This document shows positions 23,716 to 34,452 of a DNA stretch of 64,000 bases, in pieces. Every line of letters starts with the position of its first letter. Position 1 is the stretch's first letter. The position numbers were made by a program, and so were the translations under genes. The DNA comes from Podarcis pityusensis. Its lineage: Eukaryota. The notes below the pieces were generated by a model, which saw only the letters and a list, made by a program, of their open reading frames with translations, was not told the origin of the DNA and ran no database searches. The stretch lies in assembly GCA_964106645.2 (NCBI GenBank), contig OZ067050.1; one strand, 5' to 3'.

Positions 23716-26370
23716 CCAGCACTGCACAGCTAAACATTCCAGACTAATTTAGAGCAGCAGCAGGCTACTTTGGGGAGGATGACCAGTAAAATATAGTTAA
23801 GTGCATAGTTGCTAGGATCTTTTGTTGGGGTAATTGTGTGCACACAAACCACATTTAGAAGTGTTTATTCAGCCTAGTCTGGTCCCTGGGACTTATGCTT
23901 TACGAAGTCAGGCTGCAGCCCTAGAACATGTGAAGCAATCAACTAGTGCTTTTGAGAATGTGTAGCATGCCTTCTCTGCACTACTAAGTATTCACAGCTT
24001 ATGTCCTACAGAGTTTGAGATTTATGGCAGTAGATTCCTGATCAAAGACTGTCCCTTCCATCTAAGGGTGCTGGGCACCAAACTTATTTTTTCAAAGGGT
24101 TGCAAGGCGACACTAGTGTAATATGTCTGATGTGGAGCTGCCCTGGACTCTTCAGAAATTTCAGCCTGCATCAGATAAGTAGGAGTACAGCAAATTTCCA
24201 TACCATTCAGATTGTTTTAAAATGTGTATTTAATTAATTTCTAATCTTAACCTTCGTCCGCCAATGAGGTTTACACAGAGTCTAACTGAACTGCCCGTCA
24301 TTAAAACTATTTAATTAAAACCATCTAAATATTTATTTATACACACATACAAAAAGTCATTCCTTTCCAGTGTTTTGAAACCCTCTCCAAATCACCATCC
24401 ATTTGGATTCCTCCCTCTCCCTACCCACCATTCATTTCTTAAATGGAGGAACATCTACCCCCGTTTTAAATTACATAAACTTGGGGAAGCCCGTTCCTGT
24501 ACATATTCACACACATATGCCATTTGACCTTTGGTGTAACAACTCTCTGTATCACAAGTTTTCCCCTCTGGGTTCTCCACATATAAAGATCTAATCTTTG
24601 TGGACATGTTTTATCACCCTCACACTTCAAGCCCATTTCCCAGTTTTCATCCACTTTGGGAAAATACATTTCCTCTAGACACACTAGGGTAGGCAAGCTT
24701 TTTATTTGTGGGGTGGGGTGGGGGGTAGTGGAGATTTTTTTCCCCTCATCCAATGGCCCAACTTTTCCAAGGAAGGTGGTTTCCAGATGAAATCCTCATC
24801 CTCCTGTTAAAAAGAAATGAGCCATTGCTCCCTGCTCCTTCTTTAGGGGTCGCTCCTGTGGGGAAACAGAAATGGCTCATATTGAGAGCACTTATAATGA
24901 AAGCAAAGTATCTCCTCTACACCCAATACAGGTAACTCAGTCCCCACCAACAGGGATTCATTCCAGAGGGCTGCAGGGTGCATTTCTGTATTATGAACTA
25001 CACCCCTGGGTCCAGCCACTTCTTCCCACTCATAATCACAGGCCGTCAGCAAGACATATTTATCTACAGCGATATCATAGATTTCCCTGAATTGCCTTAT
25101 CATAGAGTCTCCAGTCTGCTGTGTCCTCTTGGGGAGTGGGGTGCACACACAGAGATGCTGCAAGCCCAGGATGACTTGAGTTGGGAGCTGGGAGCTGGAC
25201 ATGTGATTCCCACCCACCTCACAGCCAATCCACAGTTTTATCAATTGCTTCAGCCTCTGGAGGAACTGGGATCCAGAAGCCACATGGAAGAGGTTCTCTC
25301 TCTTCAGACCCCAAGTCCCGGGACTCAGGAGGAAGCTGAAAGGCTCCATAGAGGCAAAGTCCCTGTCAGCTGCAGGGATACCGTCAAAAAAAACCCATGT
25401 GCGTATAGAGACACAGTTGACAGGATCAGCCTTGACCTATAAATCCCTGAATGGATCATCCTCGAATCTACCTAGTTTGATAGCTGTACAAATCCAACAG
25501 AGAACACGGTGCCATTTGCCACCTTGTAAGTCAAACTGCATGTTGCATGGAAATGAGTGTAACAGAACCCCAGCAGCTCTTTTTTAAGGAAAAGCAGCTT
25601 GGGAGGGAGGGGGAGATTTGGAGCAAGCAGAAAAGTTGTCCACACACACCTGTGCATATTCCTAAAATATGCACCACCACCCACCCACACACAAAAAGCA
25701 TTCCTCCCCATGAAGTTCCAAATGCACAAAAATAGAATAGGGCAAGGCTATACAACAACCCAGCCAGATGGATGGGGTATAAATAATAAAATTATCATTA
25801 TTATTAAATAAAACATAGCAAATAAATAAATAAAGCTCCTTGGCATAGAGCCCTGCCCTCTCATGTTCTGTAAAATGCCATTCACGCCAACTGCACTGTA
25901 TAGAAATCCAGGTTTGCTTGATATGCAGTGTTTATGTAAGTCCTAGAATTTGAGGTTTACCCTGGTCTAAGATTTGAATGTGTTTGGTGTAGAGTCTGAC
26001 CAGAGGCAGGGCATGGGGTGGGGGACAACAACTAACTATTGGTTATTTCCACTCTTCAAAACTATGGACAGATAATCTGGGGTGGCTTTGGTAGAAAACT
26101 CTAAATGACAGGGAGCCTGAGTGATGTGGCAGACCGGGGAGAAGGCTCTTAATGGACAACCCTTTCCCCTGCTTAGCTCTGTGTCCATGGCTACAGTGTC
26201 TGATTTTCCAGGCAGAGAAAGCCACTTTTGTTGAGAGGAACTGCCCTATTTGGGGGCTTAAGAGATGACTTGTTCCCTGCAGTCTTGCTTCTGGAGCTTG
26301 GTGCTTTCCCCACATTTAGGGGGCGGGCAGGGATTCCTCAAGACTAGTGGCTAACTGGCAGGCAGACCAA

Positions 26371-26913
26371 CTAGAGCTCCTTGCTGAACTCCTGCTGTAT
26401 GGTGTAGCCCAGCCACCGCCGCCCACCACTCATGTTGTAGCCAGTGCTCTCAAAGAGCCCAATCGCTGCCTTGGTGACTACCGAGACCTGGGCCACTAAG
26501 AATTTGAAGCCCTGGGCGCGAGCGTGAGCCTCCAGGAAGCTGAGGAGGGAGCGGCCCACACCAGAGCGCCGGTACCACCGGTTCACAGCCAGGCGCTTGA
26601 GCTCTGCCGTGCGTGGTTCCCCGCCACAGGGCTCCAGAGCCACGCAGCCACACACGTCGTCCTCGTCGTATACAGCCACCCACAGCCCGCGCTGCCCTGC
26701 GCTGTAGTAGGCATGCAGGTGCCTCAAGTCTGGCGAGCGCCACAGCAGAAGCTTCAGAGCCACCACGGTGAGCAGGACCGGCAGCACGAGAGCCACCACA
26801 AACGAGTTCAGGAAGAAACGCAGGCCGCTGCTCACCACCGCCATCAGCAGCAAAGCCAGAGGCCGTGTCAGCACATAGAGGATCAGGCGGTTCTCTGTAT
26901 CCTTGAATCCATC
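26371..26913 (-). CDS. NAT14: N-acetyltransferase 14, last coding exon (hydrophobic segment plus GNAT domain)
   Basis: DGFKDTENRL...LTRPLALLL...SSGLRF...RWYRRSGVGRSLL...GYTIQQEFSKEL matches human NAT14; CCAG|GAT acceptor, phase 0. Confidence 0.95.
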   Translation of the reverse strand, partial: DGFKDTENRLILYVLTRPLALLLMAVVSSGLRFFLNSFVVALVLPVLLTVVALKLLLWRSPDLRHLHAYYSAGQRGLWVAVYDEDDVCGCVALEPCGGEPRTAELKRLAVNRWYRRSGVGRSLLSFLEAHARAQGFKFLVAQVSVVTKAAIGLFESTGYNMSGGRRWLGYTIQQEFSKEL

Positions 26914-28129
26914 CTGGTGGAAAATAGAAAGGGATATGAAGTAAAGGACCATATACAGCTATGAGGGACCAGGGGTGCGTTGTGTATCTCTAAAGAAATG
27001 CTTATCCTTCACTTTACCTGAAAACGTACAAGGAGGGGAATTCTATGATGTCTGTAGCAACTTGCACAGAGCTAAGAAAAGGCTGGGGAGACAAGAGCCA
27101 CACTGAAAGCAGAACTGTCCTGCAGATACGAAAGTTGTTCTACCCCAGCTTTTCTATAATGCAAGCCCTAGTGGGAAACAAGGAACCTCGACATAAGAGC
27201 ATTGGAATTGAGATAGAGCCAGTGGATTGAACCACGCTTTCTTTCCCTTAGGAAATTTTCTTCCCAGTCTTTAAGTGTGGAGGGAATTTTCTTTCTAGTG
27301 TTTAACTGTGGGATAAATAACACAGTAACACAATTGCTTATTGCCCAACCCTTAGAGGTAAGCATCATCAAATGCAGCTCCTCTTCTTGCCAAATTCCCT
27401 TTAATTTTTTTTTATGCTGCAAACATCTCAATTTTCTCTCTCTCTAGGTTTAATACGCTCAGTTAACCCCCCCCCCCAAAAAAAAAAAATCAGAGTGGAT
27501 GTGGCAGAAAGAGTGGGCTGCATTCACACAGCAGTTTATTCTGTTTCTCTAATTTCTGCATAATATTTGTGTTTTTACATTATGTAAAAGCTGCTTCTGG
27601 AAATCTAGCAGAATATGGTAAAGTTTAGTGCTCATTTCCATGTTAATTGCTTTCATAAAAAATCTGTTTGCAACCCCAGTAAGCCAGAAAACTGTAGGTG
27701 TAAAGTGACAAAAATAGAGGCGGTATGCCAGCATAAAGATCTTTCCTACTGTTTTCATGGGTGAATCATGGGAGAACAGAAGCATGCATGTGCGGAAAGG
27801 GTGGTGGAGGAGTGGCAGTGTTCAGTAACCTTCGTTGTTGTGTCACACCACACTCACTGCTGTCAATGAAATTTAGCGTGAAATATCAGTAAAAAAAACC
27901 ACCTTTGCAACAGGTTACTGCAGTGTGAAAGGAATGCAAGAAAACAGAAGTGCCAGCATCACAATCAGGAAATAAAGTTGCATGCAGAACCAGTAATTCC
28001 AGTTCAGTGGTTTTCAAACATCCCTGCCCATTCCAAGTTGTCTGTTGAGGAGTTCTGCGCTTTGCAGAAGATGCTGTTCTAGAAGGCTTCCTATTTGGGA
28101 CACTGATTAGGCTTCTTAGTTACCCCCAT

Positions 28130-28260
28130 TAGTGTTTCCCAAACTTTGCTCTCTGGCTGTTGTTGGACTACAACTCCCATGATCCCTAGCTAGCAGGACC
28201 AGTGGTCAGGGATGATGGGAATTGTAGTCCCAAAACAGCTGGCAGCCCAAGTTTGGGAAG
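28130..28260. mobile_element. Hairpin hAT-like MITE (ACTACAACTCCCA family)
   Basis: GTTTCCCAAACTT...AAGTTTGGGAA ends; internal GGACTACAACTCCCAT / ATGGGAATTGTAGTCC inverted pair. Confidence 0.8.
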
Positions 28261-28354
28261 TATGTGCCCTAAACAAACTGAAACAGCTTCCTAGAACACA
28301 CACACACACATAGTTCCCTTGCAATGTGCAACTGCTCTAAAATATGAAGTAGAC

Positions 28355-28681
28355 CATGGGTAGGCAAACTGATGCCTAGGGGCCGGATCTGGCCCAATCG
28401 CCTTCTAAATCCGGCCCTTGGACGGTCTTTTGAACCAGCGTGTTTTTACATGAGTAGAATGTGTTCTTTTATTTAAAATGCATCTCTGGGTTATTTGTGG
28501 GGCCTGCCTGGTGTTTTTACATGAGTAGAATGTGTCCTTTTATTTAAAATGCACCTCTGGGTTATTTGTGGGGCATTGGAATTCATTCATTTCCACCCCC
28601 CAAAAAAATATATAGTCCGGTCCCCCACAAGGTCTGAGGGACAGTGGACCAGCCCCCTGGTGAAAAAGTTTGCTGACCCTG
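28355..28681. mobile_element. hAT (Charlie-like) MITE with perfect 8-bp target-site duplication
   Basis: AAGTAGAC at 28347-28354 and 28682-28689; TIR CATGGGTAGGCAAACT / AGTTTGCTGACCCTG; internal ~63-bp duplication (28440-28502, 28511-28573). Confidence 0.9.
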
Positions 28682-28924
28682 AAGTAGACAATGCAATGTC
28701 CTTCAGTTTGGTGGATTACAACTCTCACCAGCCCATCAGCATTGCCAGGGGTAAAGGATGAAGGGAGTTGTAGTCCACAACATCTGGAGAACACCAAACT
28801 GCCTTCCCCACTTCAAGGGAAGGTTCCTATTAAATGACACATTCCATAAGTCTCTAGAAAGGAAGGAAAGAGAGTGCTTATATAGCCTGGGCTCTCCACC
28901 ACCTCTCTCAGAAGCCCATCTCAC

Positions 28925-29005
28925 CTTCAGAAGCTCCAAGACAATTGGTGTCTCCTCCTCTCTCATTTCTCTGATGGTCAGTTGCTCAGGTTCCAGGGTA
29001 GGCAT
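28925..29005 (-). CDS. NAT14: NAT14 first coding exon
   Basis: MPTLEPEQLTIREMREEETPIVLELLK then AAG|GTGAGA; exon acceptor at 29027; full protein 207 aa. Confidence 0.93.
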
Positions 29006-29202
29006 GCTGGCAGCCAGCAGATGGCACCTTCAAAGAGGGAAAGCCCAGTTATTGTCTGATTTGTCCTTGATGAGAAGCTGGAATGGACAAGGAAAGTATC
29101 TCCAACTAGCATGGGCCATTTGTCAGAGCCCAACCTTCCACCATGGCTGGGGACACTCTTGAGTAAATGGGGAGCATTTTATGTTGAAGCAGCACAGAAA
29201 CC

Positions 29203-29430
29203 AGAGGCAGTGTGGTGTAGTGGTTAGTGCTGGACCAGGACCTGACAGGCCAAAGTTCAAGTCCCCACTCAGCTATGATGTTTGCTGGGTGCCTTTGGGC
29301 CGGTCACTGTCTCTCAGCTTACCCCACAGGGTTGTTGTGAATATTACATGAAGAGTGGATAGATAACCAGGCACACCACCTTGAGCTCTGTGTAGGAAAG
29401 GCAGGATACAAATACCGCAATAATAATAAT
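29203..29430 (+). mobile_element. Squam3-like tRNA-derived SINE
   Basis: CAGTGTGGTGTAGTGGTTAG...GTTCAAGTCCCCACTCAGCTATGA...CACAGGGTTGTTGTGA, (AAT) tail. Confidence 0.7.
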
Positions 29431-30019
29431 CTTGGGGGATGGGGAGAAAGAATCCTACTCCAATCCCTTCTTAAAGGAGAATAGGTACTTGGGGGGGGGG
29501 GTCAATCTAACAAACACAGAAGCAGCAACTTCCTACAATGCCAGCAAGAGTTGAAAACTATTTTGCTTGTGGCATGGCTCTTGTACATTTACACACACAC
29601 AAAAATCAGAACTCATCTCTTCTCAACAGACACCCTTTCCATTTTAAAGTGTTAAATGCCTGACAATCGTTCTCCAATTTAAATGCACAGGAGCCCTGGT
29701 AAGAAAAGAAGCTGGCACCTCTTAAAAAGGCAACTACAACCGGTATAGCTGGGAAGAATATATTCTTGTTCAGCAGTAGATTCACTGGCAGTCTTTTGGC
29801 CTTAGTTTCCCATCGGTTTAAACAGGGACCACATGCCTCCTGGGGTCGTTTTGAAAAGGAACGAGACCGAGGCCGTGTATACTTTATGAAATAACACTTG
29901 CACGCCCCCCCCCCATTTAATTAAAGGTCGTGGGAGCCATTTTACCAGCAGCCTCTGATTCCCAGCTAGCTCCCTGCGCCCCCTACTCTATTTGCAAGGT
30001 AGGCTCCCTTGCAATGGAG

Positions 30020-30620
30020 CACCACCGTTAATTTATGCCACATAACGGGCAAAAATAACGCGACGCCCACATTTCTCCGGCCTGCCCCTTCTGTCCCTCC
30101 CGGGAGCAAAGGCAGATCCGCAATAAAACGCCAGCCCCGCCGTCGTAAACTGACCCGCCACGGCACTCTAGCCCTTGCGGCCACACCCCTCCGCAGAAAT
30201 AGAAACGCCCGCAAACCTTCTCCACTCCCCCCCTAGGCGCGGAATGGACTCACCCAGCCTGTAGGAAGCGGCTGCCTTTGCCCCTGCATAAAAGGACCGT
30301 GGAATTCTCCGAGGCCTCCTACATCTCTCTCTCTCTCCCCACCCCGCCCGCTTTTTCAGGAGGGAGGGGGGGAAGGAGAGGGGAAAAGAGCTTCGCCCCA
30401 AGAGCCTCTTCTTAGTCAACCCTCCCTAGCTTCGCAGCTCCAGCGCCTTACTCCATGAGCGCATGCGTGGCGCTCCTGGCTTCTTCGGCGCCTTTCGCTC
30501 CTTACGCAGTTCTTGGCAACTGTTGCTAAGGGGGCGAAACGGGGCCTTCAAGCGCTGCGAGTCCCAAACCCGTTTTGCCTTTTATGGGAGAGAGCGGGCA
30601 GCAGCGGGAGTGGGTTCAGT
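30020..30620 (-). promoter_or_regulatory. NAT14: NAT14 CpG-rich promoter and noncoding first exon (donor after 30254)
   Basis: CpG-dense; TGG|GTGAGT donor; NRF1-type GCGCATGCG at 30459-30467; near-palindrome CTTGGCAAC-T-GTTGCTAAG (RFX-type half sites) at 30512-30530. Confidence 0.7.
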
Positions 30621-31558
30621 TTGAATGGCTTAGGACTTAGGGAAATATCTGACTTTCTAATTTTCTTTTTCTTTTTCATGGTGAAGTGACAGGCGGGGAT
30701 CCAACGGGTATAGCTGTAGTCAGCTAGTAGAGAGGAAAATCTGGAAAAGCCTTCCCCTATTGCTGCCAGTCTGCTATGGAACTGTTAAAAAACACACGAC
30801 CTGCTGCCCATAATGTAAACAGCTGGTGGCTGTTAATGTATCATTTTCGTTATGTACCCATTTTATGCTGTTGACATGAAGTTGCAAGCCACCTGGAAGT
30901 GTATGTGTCTTTTCATAAGGGTTTTGTTTTTCAACTTTTTAAAGAGTTGCACAGACTGTTTGTTTGGCTTGAATTTGGGGCTCATGGTTAAGATAGCAAA
31001 AATAAAGGGATTTATTTCATTACATTGTAAGCACTGAATTCCCGAGAGTAACCTTTGACATGTTGCTTTCTCAATGTAAATATTAAGAAAGTAAGCATCG
31101 TTGTTGGAGATAAGCAGGTGCACTAATTTGATTTGTAGCCATTCTGTTCTGCCTGTGAGCTTCCTTTTTGCAACCAGCTGACTGCTGGCCGATGTCAAAA
31201 GGAAATGGATATTGGTCTGAAGAAGCATAACAGTTCTGAGTGGTTTAGAAGCTGGCATTTAAAAACAGTAACATTGGCATTGACTCAGTAAACCATTTGT
31301 AACCCATTTTGTTCATCATTGAAAAATGGGGGTGTTACTTTTTAAAAAACTTTTTAACATCACCACAAAGTGGCTGACTGTCAACTTCAAATGGGGCACA
31401 GGTCCTTTTAACAGCGCCTCGCCTGTTAAACAAGCATTAAAACCAGCAGTTCACATTGGCAAAAAATGCAATGTGTGAAATGGCTAAGGCAGCATTACAA
31501 TTATGTCTGTCTTCACCTTAAGCGTATCTGTGAGCCATTCACCTCCTGCCATGCAGTA

Positions 31559-32200
31559 CAGTGGTACCTTGGTTCTCAAATGCCTTGGCTTGCAAACACC
31601 AAAAACCAGGAAGTAAGTGTTCCAGTTTCCAAACATTTTTTGGAAGCCGAACATCCGATGCGGTTGTCGGCTATTGTTTCTGGGGTGCCTGCACCAATCA
31701 GCTGTGCCTTGGTTTTGGAACATTTTGGAAGTTGAACGGACTTCCAGAACAGATTAAGTTTGGCACTTTTGTTTTTGCTATTTATTTTGTGTTTTTGTTT
31801 TCGAAGCTTTTTCGGTTAATTTGTTTTTGTGACTATATGGAACTCAGTTCTGCTACTGATTGATTGTGTGACTACAGAAATGGATAAAAGCCCCCCATCC
31901 AAACAATGACTATCATCAGTGCAGGTAAGAAAAAAATGTAATTTTAATTTTTATCATCTACAATAATCTCTATTTTATACTACAATACATTGATTTTTGC
32001 TTTCATTTTATGTATCAGTGGTCTCATTAGATAGTAAAATTCATGTTAAATTGCTGTTTTAGGGGTTGTTTTTAAAAGTCTGGAACGGATTAATCCATTT
32101 TGCATTACTTTCTATGGGAAAGCACGCCTTGGTATTAGAACGCTTTGGTTTTGGAACAGACTTCTGGAATGGATTAAGTTTGAGAACCAAGGTACCACTG
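31559..32200. mobile_element. Non-autonomous Tc1/mariner (Tigger/pogo-like) element
   Basis: 22-bp perfect TIR CAGTGGTACCTTGGTTCTCAAA / TTTGAGAACCAAGGTACCACTG, TA on both sides. Confidence 0.9.
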
Positions 32201-32513
32201 TATTTAAGAACATGATTAACATAGTGGGGAAAAAATCCCCTGTGGAACAGGAGTGTTGTCCCACACTGACCCTGAGGGTTGGTTCTTCATCTTTTCAGGG
32301 TTTTTTTCCTGTAAAAGTGCCTTCCCCATGTTCTCTGCTGGAGGTGGGGAACCAGTGGCTCTCCCAAAATGTTTAATTCTCAAGTACTAAAATGCAATGC
32401 ATCATATAATTTACAGAGTAAGACACTGAGAGGGAAGATTGCTAACAAACCATAAATAGAAAGAGCATGGCCAGGTTTCACTTGTTTAGCTTTTGTGGAC
32501 AGCTTTTTCTGTA

Positions 32514-32732
32514 CAGTGGTACCTCGGGTTAAGAACTTAATTCGTTCTGGAGGTCCGTTCTTAACCTGAAACTGTTCTTAACCTGAGGTACCACTTAGCT
32601 AATGGGGCCTCCTGCTGCTGCTGCGCCGCGCAATTCCTGTTCTCATCCTGAAGCAAAGTTCTTAACCTGAGGTACTATTTCTGGGTTAGCGGAGTCTGTA
32701 ACCTGAAGCATCTGTAACCTGAGGTAGCACTG
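32514..32732. mobile_element. Tc1/mariner MITE (AACCTGAAG family)
   Basis: TA-CAGTGGTACCTCGGGTTA...TAACCTGAGGTAGCACTG-TA. Confidence 0.9.
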
Positions 32733-33292
32733 TACAGGTTATTCAAGTGTAGGGCTACAGTGTGCAGCACATAATTGGCTCAGCAACCTGAGCCATCAGT
32801 TTGGTGGATCTCAGTGTTCTTGGAGGAAGAAAAAAAACAACCCACAGGAAATCCCACGTCTCAGCTCTGCCCACTTTGGTCTTTGGTTCTCAGCTCAACC
32901 ACAATCATTCCTCAAACTGCAGAACCTCCTACCCCAAGAAATTCACCAAACATGTTGCATTTTCCAGAAATCTTGTACAGAGACCTCATTTGCATTGACT
33001 TTCAACACTAAGCTTAAGTTCCCATTTAGGCTTGAGTCCCAGCACCTTTCAGTTTAAAATTCAATATCTAGCATGTTGAAGCCGCTTGAAAAAAACATAA
33101 AGAGTTTCCTCTAAGCAGGAACCTTTTATCTTGCACCTCTCAAGCCTGTTAAAGCTGCAGGGCTGCAGCTCAGTTGTAGATCACATGCTTTGTATGGAGA
33201 AGAACACAGGTTCAAAGCCACAATATCTCAAGAGAGGGCTGAAAAAGATGTTTGCCTGAAATGCTAGAGAGCTGTTACTGTTCAATCTAGAT

Positions 33293-33409
33293 CAGGGTTT
33301 CCCAAACTTGGGTCTCTAGCTGTTTTTGGACTACAGCTAGGACTGATGATCAGGGATGATGGGAACTGTAGTCCAAAAACAGCTGGTGATCCAAGTTTGG
33401 GAAACCCTG
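33293..33409. mobile_element. Hairpin hAT-like MITE nested in a tRNA-derived SINE (33158-33475)
   Basis: 19-bp perfect TIR CAGGGTTTCCCAAACTTGG; the SINE sequence resumes after it. Confidence 0.85.
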
Positions 33410-34452
33410 ATATATACATTACTGAGCTAGATGGACCAATGGTCTTACTCTGTATAAGGCAACTTCCTATGTTCTTAGTTGACTTCATTTGGGGACTGTG
33501 CAATCTGCTACTGAAATGCCAATCAGACCTAAAAAGCACAAAAGAAGTATGACATGTATTGGTGAACCCAACCTTTGCACAGTACACAGAAAGGAGTAAA
33601 AATGCTTTGAAGCAGTCTTTTATTTTTCTTCTAGACCAAGAGTCTATGACCCTCTTGTCTGTTAGCACCAGGAACTGGGGTACACTTGGGAAGAAATGTG
33701 GTTCTGCACATGGTGAGGGGCTGGAATGGAGAATAGATAAGAGGGGCTTAACCGGAAAAAGATGCTGTTTATGACAGCTCATAAAGCAGCCTCCTGCAGC
33801 ACCCAGTATCAAAGGAAAACCCAAAAACTTGAACTTTCCCCATTTTCTAATACATAAAAAGAGCTCACACTGCTCCACAGCACTTAGCTCCAAAATTGCA
33901 ACACAGCAGGGAAATGGAGAGAAGCCAGCAGTCCAGTTGATATCTGCTAACTATATTTTCTGTCTAGTGTGGAGAAAAAAACCAGGAATTCTGGCTGCAC
34001 AGTCTTCCAGCCATCAGACTGCACATACATTTGGTTCTTGTTGGAACAACGTATTTCAGACAGGATGGGGAAATGGGTGGGTTAGGGATTGTATCAAGGA
34101 CTGGACTGGCTATCCCTTTCTCACATGCAAACAAGACAAAAGTGTTTGGGGGAAGGACATGGTAGTGGAGTCATTGTAACTGCAAGGGCACGAACAGCAA
34201 CAGCAATCCCCATGTGAGCAGGAAGTGAGGGAATCAAGGGTATGCTTTGGACCTGCAGGCATGGGCGTGAGCTAAGCTCTCTGCTGTCATTTCATGACAC
34301 TGTCCTGAGGAACCTAAGCAGAGCCACCTCCAGGAGTCTTGAAGTTGCCCAGGTCAATCCCGTCCGGCAACACAGTTAATTATAGCAGCCACTAGTGAGA
34401 GTACAACTGAGTCTCAGTTGGTACTCCAACGCAGGGATGGGGACAGCTGTCC

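Noticed and set aside
24843-25442. Overlapping 154-168-aa ORFs on both strands
   Set aside because: No recognisable domain, and the candidate splice joins run into stops.
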